DNA of 64,000 nucleotides from Bacteroidia bacterium (GTDB lineage: Bacteria > Bacteroidota > Bacteroidia > Bacteroidales > CAJPTX01). The position numbers and the translations under genes were made by a program. The notes beneath the pieces are model-generated. The model was not told the DNA's origin, did not search any database, and saw nothing but the letters and a program-made list of their open reading frames with translations. Below are positions 9,865 to 19,027 of this stretch, piece by piece (positions within the stretch are counted from its first letter, which is position 1; the number at the start of each line of letters is the position of its first letter). The stretch lies in contig CAJPTC010000007.1 in NCBI GenBank assembly GCA_905373475.1, positions 16,852 through 80,851 of the forward strand, read 5' to 3'.

Positions 9865-10433
9865 TGACAGGACGTTATAAGGCAGTCGTTATAGGCGGCT
9901 CTGCGGGTAGTTTTCAGGTTGTGGTGCGAATATTACAGTCGCTCCCAACCTCTTTTGCTTTGCCTGTCATTTTGTGTCTACACCGCTTGAAACACGTCCG
10001 TTCGGGCTTCGATGAAGCCCTGTCTCTCCGTTCTTCGATTCCCGTAATAGAACCAAACGATAAAGAGACCATACGTTCTGGAATTGCATATTTAGCGCCT
10101 TCAAATTACCACCTATATGTTGAACTCGGAAATCGTTTTTCTCTCTCTACAGAGGAGGTCGTAAATCATTCGCGCCCCTCAATAGATCTGACTTTTTTTT
10201 CCGTGGCTCGCGTGTACCGCGAACATGCATTAGGTATAATTCTCTCAGGGGCAAATAGAGATGGCGCTTTGGGCTTGCAACGTCTGAAAAAAATGGGTGG
10301 TACTGCAATTGTGCAAGATCCGAGAGAGTGCGAAGTCCGTACAATGACTGAAGCCTCCTTGCAACTTACGACTGTCGATGCCATTCTAACAACAGAGGGA
10401 ATAATAAAATATTTGGAAGATTTGAGGTTGTAA
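9864..10433 (+). CDS. cheB: CheB-type methylesterase/deamidase, catalytic domain only (no receiver domain)
   Basis: 189 aa. VVIGGSAGS (nucleophile Ser region), CLHRLKH (His region), GANRDGALGL (Asp region). The GTG start overlaps the upstream TAG by 1 nt (TAGTG). Confidence 0.8.
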   Translation: MTGRYKAVVIGGSAGSFQVVVRILQSLPTSFALPVILCLHRLKHVRSGFDEALSLRSSIPVIEPNDKETIRSGIAYLAPSNYHLYVELGNRFSLSTEEVVNHSRPSIDLTFFSVARVYREHALGIILSGANRDGALGLQRLKKMGGTAIVQDPRECEVRTMTEASLQLTTVDAILTTEGIIKYLEDLRL

Positions 10434-10436
10434 CTA

Positions 10437-11222
10437 ATGAGTAAGAGCGAAGTGAACCGTTTGCGTAGCATTCGGCAATATCTATTGATTGGACTCTCTT
10501 TCCTATTTAGCGGCGGGATAGCCCTGCTTGCCTACAGCCCCAGTAATGGCTTGACTGTAAGTTACGGATTCATAATAGCATTGGCTTTAGGATTGAATGT
10601 CTTGCTGATTTACCAAATTCAAGTCATTTGGACGGAGATAAACCGACGCGTGCAGAGCGAGAAGATGATTCAGGCTCTGATGACAAAACGCGAAGAATTG
10701 GAAAAAGAATTAAGAGCCTTATATGCTGAAAAAGAACAAGAGAACGTGGATACGCGGAATGCAGATCAATTGCTAGAAGACCTCGTCTCTGAAGTTCAAG
10801 GAAGTGAATTCCAGACTTATGTCGATTCATATTTCCAAATTGTTGGCAAGGAGTGGCAACTTATGCAAGGTTTGCTCTTTATGCGTCAAGAAGACGATGT
10901 CTTTCGGAAGGTTGCTCACTATGCTTACTATAGCAATGAATCGGATCTCCAGTTTGTGAGTGGCGAAACTCTTTTAGGGCAAGTTGTAAAAGAGGGGAAA
11001 CCGCTGTACATCGATCATGTTGAAAGCGAAAGCATTGTGGTTGCTTCGGGAACGGGAAGCTGTATGCCTTGTAGCGTATATATAGTCCCTTTCGCAGAAC
11101 GGGAGAAAAAGTGCAATGGTGTTTTTGAGTTGGCTTTTGTAAAGCCTTTAGACGAAAAGGAGCGCGAGTTGCTAGCCCGCTTTACAGAACGCATATCTGT
11201 TGAAATAGAAAAGAAGGCGTAA
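10437..11222 (+). CDS. Small membrane protein with coiled coil and GAF domain
   Basis: 261 aa. Two N-terminal hydrophobic helices. Coil KREELEKELRALYAEKEQE. GAF-like C-terminal half (LLGQVVKEGKPLYID...VYIVPF...GVFELAF). Confidence 0.7.
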   Translation: MSKSEVNRLRSIRQYLLIGLSFLFSGGIALLAYSPSNGLTVSYGFIIALALGLNVLLIYQIQVIWTEINRRVQSEKMIQALMTKREELEKELRALYAEKEQENVDTRNADQLLEDLVSEVQGSEFQTYVDSYFQIVGKEWQLMQGLLFMRQEDDVFRKVAHYAYYSNESDLQFVSGETLLGQVVKEGKPLYIDHVESESIVVASGTGSCMPCSVYIVPFAEREKKCNGVFELAFVKPLDEKERELLARFTERISVEIEKKA

Positions 11223-13856
11223 ATGAAACATGTTACGATATGGTCAGAATTAAAATTCTGGCATTGGCGTTTACGTAGCCGAGAGATTGGGGTAGCGCTT
11301 CTGCTTTTTTGTCTGAGTTTCTTCCTTGTAATACTCAGCTGGATTCTAGCGGCAGATGCTCTCAATGGAGAATTTACAATGGCTTCGCTCTTCTCCTTGC
11401 ATCTTCGTCAGCCTATTTTATTCCTTACAGATTTTTTTCCCGTATTTATAGGTTTTGGTTACCTATTCCTTCAGTCGCGTAATACAACTCTTATTATCGA
11501 ATTGGAGAAAGAGAATGAGGCACAGAGCCAGAGCATTGAAGAAAAGGCTGATTTTGCCATGGCTATCGGCGATGGGAAATACAATGCCACTCTTGCGATA
11601 CAAGATCTTGAGAACGACCGTTTGGGACGATCCTTACTCCGAATGCGCGACAACCTGTTGGCGAATACTCAAAAGGAAAATGAGCATTCGTGGGTTACGC
11701 GCGGGAAAGATGAAGTGGCTTACGTCCTTCGTATGTATACCAATTTGCAAGAGTTAGGCTATGAAGTCTTGAAAAAGTTGGTTGCTTACATAAATGTGGT
11801 ACAAGGAGGACTTTTCCTGTATGACGAAGAGAAACAGAGGCTTTACGGTCTTGCTACCTACGCATATAACCGCGAAAAACTAAATCATCTGGAGTTTGCA
11901 TTGGGTGAAGGTCTCGTTGGACAATGTGCCTACGAGCGTGGAATTATCCATCGCACGGAAATCCCTGATGATTATTTTACAATCACATCGGGAATTTTAG
12001 GTGATGCGCGTCCGAAGAGTATTCTTCTTGTACCTCTAATCACCGATGAACGTCTACAAGGGGTTATTGAATTTGCATCGCTGAGTGAAGATTTTAACGA
12101 GCGCGACATACACTTTCTAGAAGAGGTCGGTGAGACCGTAGCGCGCGTCATTTTCAACTTGCGTATAAGTCAAAAGACAGAGGCTTTGTTGCATGAAGCG
12201 CAACAAATGACTCGCGAGTTACGGACGAACGAGGAACTTTTGCGACAGAATGCTGAGGAGATGCAGAAAACGCACGAAGAGCTAGAGCGTTCAAATGTCC
12301 AGCTAGAAGCCAAAATTACAGAAGCCGAGAATGCACAAAAACGACTTCATTCTCTCTTAGAAAATGCGAGCGAAGTAATTACGATATATGATAGAACTCA
12401 GAAAATAACCTACATCAGTCCCTCTGTCACGAAAATCTTGGGCTATACGCCGCAAGAGATGATAGACGGAAAGGATCGTGAGCGTCTGACACAGGAAGGT
12501 GTCCGAATTTTGCATAAAACATTCGAAAGTCTGATAGAGAACCCTCACGTCCCCGTCACTTATCAATACATCTTCATGAAAAAAGATGGCGTGAAGGTTT
12601 CGATGGAGGTTACTGGTCGGAATTTATTGGAAGACCCAGCTATACGCGGCATCATACTCAATTCGCGAGACATAACCGAACGTGTGCGCGCCGAGAAAGA
12701 GGAGCGAATGAAGAGTAAGATGCAGTCGCTCTCGGAGAATTCCGTAGATATGATCGTCCGTCTGAATACGGAAGGACAGTTCTTTTATGCTAACCCCATT
12801 GTCTCTCGCTTCTTTGGAGTCACCGTTAGTGAGGTTGTCGATAAGAATCTACAGGAGGTCGCAATGCCTGAAGTTCTAAGAGCGAGTATTCAAGATGCAT
12901 TGCACGAGGTCATACAAAGTCAAACAAAGTGGGAACACGAAGTCTCGATAGAGCGAGAGGGAGAGCAGTTGATTCTAAAGTTGTTAGCAATTCCAGAATT
13001 TGAAGACGGAGTACTTGAGACGATCCTATTAGTAGGGCATGATGTGACCGAGGCCAAACGAATTGAAAATGTAATCCAAGAGAAGAACCATAAAATCCAA
13101 GAGAGTATCAACTATGCAAAGCGCATACAATCGTCTATACTGCCCGATACGAAACTGATTCAGCAATATCTCCCAAAGTCCTTTATGTACTATGCTCCGC
13201 GTGATGTGGTCAGCGGAGACTTCCCCTGGTTTTTTGTAAAAGATGACTACCTTTACATAGCCGCGGTTGATTGTACAGGGCATGGTGTGCCAGGGGCGCT
13301 GCTATCCTTTATCGGCTTCTTTACGTTAAACAACGTAGTGGATCACGATGCGTCTTATAGTGCGGGTAAAGTGCTGGATTTGTTGCATGCTGGGGTTAGG
13401 AAAACATTACGTCAGGAACGCGCAGAGGCGGATGCGCGCGATGGGATGGACATCGCACTGTGTAAGATAGACTTGAAGCGTATGCATTTGGAGTTTGCAG
13501 GAGCACACCGTCCCTTGTATCTAGTTCGAGATGCCGAACTGGAGGAACTAAAGGGGGATAGGCGTGCTATTGGCGGTATTCCGAATCCGCGGAAACCAGA
13601 AGGTGAGTTTACAAACTATAGCATTGATCTGCATACTGGCGACAGAATCTTTTTCTTCTCAGACGGACTCCCTGATCAGCAGGGCGGCGAGAATGGCATG
13701 AAGAAATATAGTCCACAACATATACGCGAAGTCTTGCTTGAGAATCGGAAACTCTCGATGCCACGTTTAGCTCAATTTATAGAGGAAGATTTCTTACGCC
13801 ATCGAGGCGACTGGCGACAGATGGATGACGTCTTGTTGATTGGTATAGAGTTTTAG
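11223..13856 (+). CDS. Membrane GAF-coil-PAS-PAS-PP2C (SpoIIE-type) Ser/Thr phosphatase, SiaA-like role
   Basis: 877 aa. The ATG abuts the previous TAA. GAF core GEGLVGQCAYE...ILLVPL...GVIEFAS. Coil LLHEAQQMTRELRTNEELLRQNAEEMQKTHEEL. Two PAS-like segments. PP2C motifs VSGDFPWF, AAVDCTGHGVPGALLS, DGMDIAL, FFFSDGLPDQ, DDVLLIGIEF. Confidence 0.85.
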   Translation: MKHVTIWSELKFWHWRLRSREIGVALLLFCLSFFLVILSWILAADALNGEFTMASLFSLHLRQPILFLTDFFPVFIGFGYLFLQSRNTTLIIELEKENEAQSQSIEEKADFAMAIGDGKYNATLAIQDLENDRLGRSLLRMRDNLLANTQKENEHSWVTRGKDEVAYVLRMYTNLQELGYEVLKKLVAYINVVQGGLFLYDEEKQRLYGLATYAYNREKLNHLEFALGEGLVGQCAYERGIIHRTEIPDDYFTITSGILGDARPKSILLVPLITDERLQGVIEFASLSEDFNERDIHFLEEVGETVARVIFNLRISQKTEALLHEAQQMTRELRTNEELLRQNAEEMQKTHEELERSNVQLEAKITEAENAQKRLHSLLENASEVITIYDRTQKITYISPSVTKILGYTPQEMIDGKDRERLTQEGVRILHKTFESLIENPHVPVTYQYIFMKKDGVKVSMEVTGRNLLEDPAIRGIILNSRDITERVRAEKEERMKSKMQSLSENSVDMIVRLNTEGQFFYANPIVSRFFGVTVSEVVDKNLQEVAMPEVLRASIQDALHEVIQSQTKWEHEVSIEREGEQLILKLLAIPEFEDGVLETILLVGHDVTEAKRIENVIQEKNHKIQESINYAKRIQSSILPDTKLIQQYLPKSFMYYAPRDVVSGDFPWFFVKDDYLYIAAVDCTGHGVPGALLSFIGFFTLNNVVDHDASYSAGKVLDLLHAGVRKTLRQERAEADARDGMDIALCKIDLKRMHLEFAGAHRPLYLVRDAELEELKGDRRAIGGIPNPRKPEGEFTNYSIDLHTGDRIFFFSDGLPDQQGGENGMKKYSPQHIREVLLENRKLSMPRLAQFIEEDFLRHRGDWRQMDDVLLIGIEF

Positions 13857-13886
13857 TTCAGGCGAGTATCGAAAGTAAGAGTAGAG

Positions 13887-14456
13887 ATGGCGGAGGCGAA
13901 ACTGTGCAGCTATTTGCAATATGTAGAACGTGAGTACCAACGTTTAGGAGGCGGCGAGGTGATGCTTGCTTACGAGGGCGAGGTGTCGCAGTCGTTAATT
14001 TTGTCATTAACGGGGCTAATAGAGCTTGAAATCGTAAAGTCTGGAGAAGATGCTAAGCTCCAGAAACAGCTGTTCCATACGCTAGTAGAGGGACTACAAA
14101 ATATCATGAAACATGCTGACCCTATTGAAGGGGAGCGGATGACGATGTTTAGTGGTCGTGGTGTCGTTATGTTAATACGTACGCCAGTATGTTATTATGT
14201 CTTGGTTGGTAACATTGTCTTAAGCAGTCGTGTTCCTGACATGCGCGCGCGTCTTGACACGCTAAAAAATGCGAACGATGATGAACTCAAGGCTATGCAC
14301 AGAGCCAGCTTGCGTGGGAACGAGATTTCTGAAAAAGGAGGTGCTGGTTTGGGATTAATCGATATGGCGCGCAAGGCGCAAGATATCGATTATAGGTTTG
14401 AGGTAATAAATGAGGAACGCCAATTCTACCTCCTAGAGGTAAAGTTGAAGCGTTAG
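13887..14456 (+). CDS. SiaB-like small protein kinase (GHKL/anti-sigma-kinase-like fold)
   Basis: 189 aa. C-terminal ATP-lid-like motif GGAGLGLIDMARKA. Size and position (between a PP2C gene and a DUF1987-like gene) match SiaB-family kinases. Confidence 0.65.
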   Translation: MAEAKLCSYLQYVEREYQRLGGGEVMLAYEGEVSQSLILSLTGLIELEIVKSGEDAKLQKQLFHTLVEGLQNIMKHADPIEGERMTMFSGRGVVMLIRTPVCYYVLVGNIVLSSRVPDMRARLDTLKNANDDELKAMHRASLRGNEISEKGGAGLGLIDMARKAQDIDYRFEVINEERQFYLLEVKLKR

Positions 14457-14490
14457 TTATAAACGAAATAAAAAGGAGAGAGAAAGGAAG

Positions 14491-14874
14491 ATGGAGGTTA
14501 TCAAAATACAGGGGACAGACGATACTCCTACGGTGATTCTAGAGGCTGACAAGGGACTATTTGAGATATCTGGTCGCTCGCTGCCAGAAGATGTAACGGC
14601 GTTTTATGCCCCAGTTTTAGCATGGCTCAAAGACTATGCTGCAAATCCTAACCCTAAGACGGTATTTACCTTCAAGCTTGTGTATTTTAATACGGCAAGT
14701 TCGAAGCTTCTACTCGATATCTTGGTGAAGCTGGAAGAGATTCATAGTGACGGGAAGGACGTCTTGATTAAATGGTGTTATCCTGAAGACGACGAAGATA
14801 TGAAAGAGGCAGGGGAAGAGTATGCTGAAATTGTTGACGTCCCCTTTGAACAAGTGCCATACGACGTCGTATAG
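14491..14874 (+). CDS. SiaC-like (DUF1987) regulatory phosphoprotein
   Basis: 127 aa. N-terminal I-x-G-T-x-x-T-P pattern. YFNTASSK motif with Thr at residue 68 by my count (codon 14692-14694). Acidic C-terminus. Confidence 0.72.
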   Translation: MEVIKIQGTDDTPTVILEADKGLFEISGRSLPEDVTAFYAPVLAWLKDYAANPNPKTVFTFKLVYFNTASSKLLLDILVKLEEIHSDGKDVLIKWCYPEDDEDMKEAGEEYAEIVDVPFEQVPYDVV

Positions 14875-14957
14875 AATACATAATGCAGGTTATTTGTGCG
14901 CATAGCTAGAAGAGAAAGAGCTGGATAAAGAGTGCGTTGATATTTGGTTAGTGTTTT

Positions 14958-17900
14958 ATGAGTGAAGAAATTTTAAAGGCCTTGATGCAACTCTTCGCCA
15001 TTATTGCGAAGCAGGACGAAGGGCTTGGAGAAAGTGAGCGCGAATATGTTGAAGCGTTCTTAAAGCAGCAAATCAACGCAGAGGCTGTTGCCGAATATTT
15101 AGCCTTGTTTGACGGATATGTCAGCGACGATAAAGGGGGAAGTGGGAGTAAACTTACCTCTGTAAAAGATTCTGTCCGTATCCTAGGGATCTGCAAGAAG
15201 ATCAATAAAACACTAACGCAGAAACAAAAAGTCGTTGTTCTAGTACGTCTTTTTGAATTGGTCAGTGCAGAAGGGAAATTCAGTGAACAACGTATGGCTA
15301 TTATCAATACCGTTTCAGAGGTATTTAAGGTAGAGCCTGAGGAGTTTGCGGATATCGAGACCTTCGTTCTGAGTAAGGATTTACTGACATTAACGCGCCC
15401 AACTATACTGATTATACACGCGAACGAACTTTGTGAACACGAGCACGACGATGCGGCGCACTGCAAGGAAATTCGTGTAGATTCTCTAGATCTGCCTTTG
15501 GCAATCCTACGCATAAAATCGGAAGATCTTTATTTTCTGCGCTATACAGGACATGAAGATCTTTACCTCAATGGTTTGTCAATACATAATCGGCGGATTT
15601 ACCTCTTTGCCAATGGGAGTAGTATAAAATTGCCGAAGGGGAAGCCCATCTATTACACAGATGTGGTCTCGCATTTTATGGTCGATTTGAGTTTGACCCC
15701 TATTTCGTACGTTGTCGATAATATCTCCTACCGTTTCCCAAATGGTGCTTTAGGGCTGAGAAATATTTCCTTCTCTGAAGAACACGGTCGATTAGTGGGC
15801 ATCATGGGAGCGAGCGGAGCAGGGAAAACGACGCTCTTAAATGTTCTATCTGGAGCTTCAACACCTTCGGAAGGCGAAGTAAGAATCAATGGTCTAGACC
15901 TGTATAAAGACAAGGAACATCTTGAAGGAACAATTGGAGTTATCCCACAAGACGACCTATTGATTGAGGAGCTGACGGTTTTTCAGAATTTGTATTACAG
16001 CGCAAAACTCTGTTTCCGCGATAAAAGTGAGAAAGAGCTTTGTGAATTAGTAGATCGTACGCTTGCCAGTCTCGGGCTATTGGAGCGTAAAGATCTTAAG
16101 GTTGGATCGCCTCTGAACAAGATGATCTCTGGTGGACAACGAAAGCGTCTCAATATTGCGCTTGAGTTGATAAGAGAACCATCTATTCTATTTGTAGACG
16201 AACCCACCTCGGGATTGTCGTCGCGCGATTCGGAGAATGTAATGGATTTGCTCCGAGAGTTGACGCTCAAGGGGAAACTTATCTTTGTTGTAATACACCA
16301 GCCATCATCGGAAATCTATAAGATGTTCGATGATATGCTGATTCTCGATACTGGAGGCTATTTAGTCTATTGGGGCAATCCTGTCGAAGCCGTAATGTAT
16401 TTCAAAAAGGCTGATGCACAGGTTAATAGTGATGTTGGAGAGTGTCCGACTTGTGGGAATGTGAATCCCGAATTGATTTTCAATATCATAGAGTCTCATG
16501 TTGTAGACGAGTTTGGTCGTTATACGCCTAAAAGAAAGGTGCCTCCGCAGCGCTGGGAAGAGATCTTTAAGGAAGCAAAACCGCCTGTACATGTAAATGA
16601 GGAGTCTGTGCCTCCGCCTAAGTCCTTGAATATTCCTTCTCGATTTAGGCAGTTCCTGATCTACACTGCGCGTGACTTTCGCTCTAAGATTAGCAATACG
16701 CAATATATCGTATTGAATTTGTTAGAGACGCCAGTGTTAGCTTTTATATTGGCGTATGTAATACGATATATTCCCGATCCGAACTCTTCTGTATATGTTT
16801 TCAGAGAGAATGAGAACATACCTATATATATTTTCATGTCACTAATCGTCGCTCTATTTATCGGACTGACTGTTAGTGCTGAAGAAATATTCAAGGATCG
16901 GAAGATATTAAAACGGGAGCAGTACTTAAACCTGAGCCGTACCTCTTATCTTTTCAGTAAAATATTCATTCTACTGGTTCTCTCTGCCATACAAACTTTG
17001 TCTTTTGTACTGATCGCCAATAGCATATTAGCGCTCCGGGGGTTGAACATGGAGTATTGGCTGATTTTGTTTTCAACCGCCGTTTGTGCCAACCTGATAG
17101 GATTGAATATCTCAGCTACGTTTAATAGCGCTGTTACCATATACATAGTCATCCCGCTCTTGATGATCCCTATGATGGTACTCTCGGGGGCAATGTTTTC
17201 ATTTGAAAAGTTAAATCGTGCCGTTGGTAGCTTCGATCGTGTTCCCATAATTGCCGAATTTATGCCTACTAAATGGGGGTACGAGGCTCTCGTTGTGCTC
17301 CAGTTTAAGGACAACGAGTTCCAGCGCCACTTCTATGATATGGAAAAAGTGGAGCGTAATGCAAACTATAAGACGGTCTATCTGCTCCCAGAATTACAAA
17401 AGCGCCTAGAGTATTGTATTGATAATTGGGGGCTGCGCGATAGTGCTAAAGTCGCAGAAAAGATGCGAGACGCATTGGCTGTTCTGCATCGCAGCCTCCA
17501 GCGTGAGCATGATGTAGAAGCTGTGGAAATTCCGTATGACTATCTCTCGGCTCTGAATTACGACAGTGTCTCTGAAGAAGCGCTCTATGAAACGGTTGGT
17601 TACCTAGAACAGTTGCAAGAGAAGTACGCGAAAATATTCGGCGAAAAGAATAAACAACGGGATGCAATTGTTTCACATCTCATGGCAACAGAACCTCAGT
17701 TGTATGAAGCGAAGCGTGCTGCATACCATAATGAAAGTGTTGCAGACTTGGCACAGAAAGTGTTTGAAAAGAATAAAATCTTACAGTTCAAGGATCAACT
17801 CGTACAGCAGTATGACCCTATTTACCGTGACCCCATCCCTAATTCCTATTTTGATATTGGAGCGCATTTTTTAGCGCCCCGTAAACACTTTATGGGGCAT

Positions 17901-18041
17901 TATTTCGATACCTACTGGTTCGATCTTACGATTCTGTGGGTAATGAGTGCTTTCCTTTATTTGTCTCTGCATTTGGAGTTGCTGAGACGGATTGGAAATC
18001 TTTTTGCAATTTTGCGTAGAGGCTTCAAAAAACAACGATAA
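14958..18041 (+). CDS. Fused ABC ATPase + ABC-2/ABCG-like permease with TerB-like N-terminal domain
   Basis: 1027 aa. TerB-like helices (LFAIIAKQDEGLGESEREYVEAFL; LVRLFELVSAEGKFSEQRMAII). Walker A GASGAGKTTLLN, signature ISGGQRKRLNIA, Walker B ILFVDEPTSGL. Multi-TM permease plus a helical C-terminal extension. Confidence 0.85.
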   Translation: MSEEILKALMQLFAIIAKQDEGLGESEREYVEAFLKQQINAEAVAEYLALFDGYVSDDKGGSGSKLTSVKDSVRILGICKKINKTLTQKQKVVVLVRLFELVSAEGKFSEQRMAIINTVSEVFKVEPEEFADIETFVLSKDLLTLTRPTILIIHANELCEHEHDDAAHCKEIRVDSLDLPLAILRIKSEDLYFLRYTGHEDLYLNGLSIHNRRIYLFANGSSIKLPKGKPIYYTDVVSHFMVDLSLTPISYVVDNISYRFPNGALGLRNISFSEEHGRLVGIMGASGAGKTTLLNVLSGASTPSEGEVRINGLDLYKDKEHLEGTIGVIPQDDLLIEELTVFQNLYYSAKLCFRDKSEKELCELVDRTLASLGLLERKDLKVGSPLNKMISGGQRKRLNIALELIREPSILFVDEPTSGLSSRDSENVMDLLRELTLKGKLIFVVIHQPSSEIYKMFDDMLILDTGGYLVYWGNPVEAVMYFKKADAQVNSDVGECPTCGNVNPELIFNIIESHVVDEFGRYTPKRKVPPQRWEEIFKEAKPPVHVNEESVPPPKSLNIPSRFRQFLIYTARDFRSKISNTQYIVLNLLETPVLAFILAYVIRYIPDPNSSVYVFRENENIPIYIFMSLIVALFIGLTVSAEEIFKDRKILKREQYLNLSRTSYLFSKIFILLVLSAIQTLSFVLIANSILALRGLNMEYWLILFSTAVCANLIGLNISATFNSAVTIYIVIPLLMIPMMVLSGAMFSFEKLNRAVGSFDRVPIIAEFMPTKWGYEALVVLQFKDNEFQRHFYDMEKVERNANYKTVYLLPELQKRLEYCIDNWGLRDSAKVAEKMRDALAVLHRSLQREHDVEAVEIPYDYLSALNYDSVSEEALYETVGYLEQLQEKYAKIFGEKNKQRDAIVSHLMATEPQLYEAKRAAYHNESVADLAQKVFEKNKILQFKDQLVQQYDPIYRDPIPNSYFDIGAHFLAPRKHFMGHYFDTYWFDLTILWVMSAFLYLSLHLELLRRIGNLFAILRRGFKKQR

Positions 18042-18097
18042 GAGTGGCGTGTTACCATTCGTTTGGAACATCGTTTGTGGTTAGAATAAAGAGGACT

Positions 18098-19021
18098 ATG
18101 AGAGTAGAAAAAACGATAATTTATGCTTTTGCATTGGCAGGTCTTCTATTAGGAGGATGTCAGTGCTCGCGGACTGGTCCAGATGTATCTCAGGATTTCA
18201 ATATACCAGATTCGCTTAAAGACAAGCAAGAGGTTGAGTTGTCTGAGGGGGTCACCGAGAAAATGGTTGAAAATATATCTTCTCCTGTTGAGACAGCTGC
18301 GCTTATCAAACGCCTGAAAGTACCGTTCAATAAGGACTTCCTAATCTCTACCGACGTAGCAGATCATCTCAATACGAATTTTGAAAAGGCGTTGGGACTT
18401 GGACTGTATGGAACAGATTTGGGGTATCTCAATATGTACGAGAAAACCTCGAGTGTTCTGAACTATATTTCTTCTGTAAAGTCGCTTGCCGATGGAATTC
18501 AAGTGGGGCAGTTCTTTGATTTTGCTACGTTAAAACGCCTTGCTTCCAACAATGAGAATCTTGACTCTCTGATTTATATCTCGCAGCAGAGTTACAACAA
18601 GATTGATCGGTATCTCCGTACTACCAATCGTGCTTCTTTGAGTGTCGTCATTGTAACAGGTGTGTGGATTGAGGGGATGTATCTGTCTACGCGCGTTGCT
18701 CAGATTACAAAGAACCGGAAAATGGAGGAGAGTGTGGCAGATCAGAAAGTGGTTTTGGCAACCTTAATACCCATTTTACGCGTATACGAACGGGATCAGG
18801 ATATCAAAGGCTTGGCAGACCGCCTAGAGTCTTTACGAGAGTTGTACGACGAAGTCCGGATTACGTATGAACAGGGAACGCCTGAAACTAGAATAGTAGA
18901 TGGTAAATTGGTGGTAGAGCAAAAGGATAAGCAAATTGTTGATTATTCGCCCGAATTGATGCAACAGCTTATGAACGAGATAATCTCGATACGTACTGAA
19001 TTGATAACACCTAAGGGGTAA
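18098..19021 (+). CDS. Lipoprotein of unknown function
   Basis: Start moved to ATG 18098, where MRVEKTIIYAFALAGLLLGGC gives a signal peptide plus lipobox Cys. The remainder looks all-helical. No family recognised. Confidence 0.7.
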   Translation: MRVEKTIIYAFALAGLLLGGCQCSRTGPDVSQDFNIPDSLKDKQEVELSEGVTEKMVENISSPVETAALIKRLKVPFNKDFLISTDVADHLNTNFEKALGLGLYGTDLGYLNMYEKTSSVLNYISSVKSLADGIQVGQFFDFATLKRLASNNENLDSLIYISQQSYNKIDRYLRTTNRASLSVVIVTGVWIEGMYLSTRVAQITKNRKMEESVADQKVVLATLIPILRVYERDQDIKGLADRLESLRELYDEVRITYEQGTPETRIVDGKLVVEQKDKQIVDYSPELMQQLMNEIISIRTELITPKG

Positions 19022-19027
19022 AAGATT

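Noticed and set aside
14948-15514. 188-aa minus-strand ORF. Similar long antisense ORFs occur at 24229..24888, 35008..35457, 51142..51663, 53527..53934 and 43689..44051.
   Set aside because: Each lies entirely antisense to a gene with strong family motifs. Their compositions are Ser/Arg/Cys-rich with no recognisable motifs, typical of shadow ORFs.
15400-15700. An FHA-like phosphothreonine-binding domain in the ABC exporter N-terminal region (LYFLRYTGHEDLYLNGLSIHNRRIYLFANGSSIKL). This would have linked it neatly to the SiaB/SiaC phospho-switch.
   Set aside because: The hallmark FHA residues (the G-R, S-x-x-H and N-G triad context) are not recognisable. Only a vague beta-strand pattern remains, so it is kept as speculation only.
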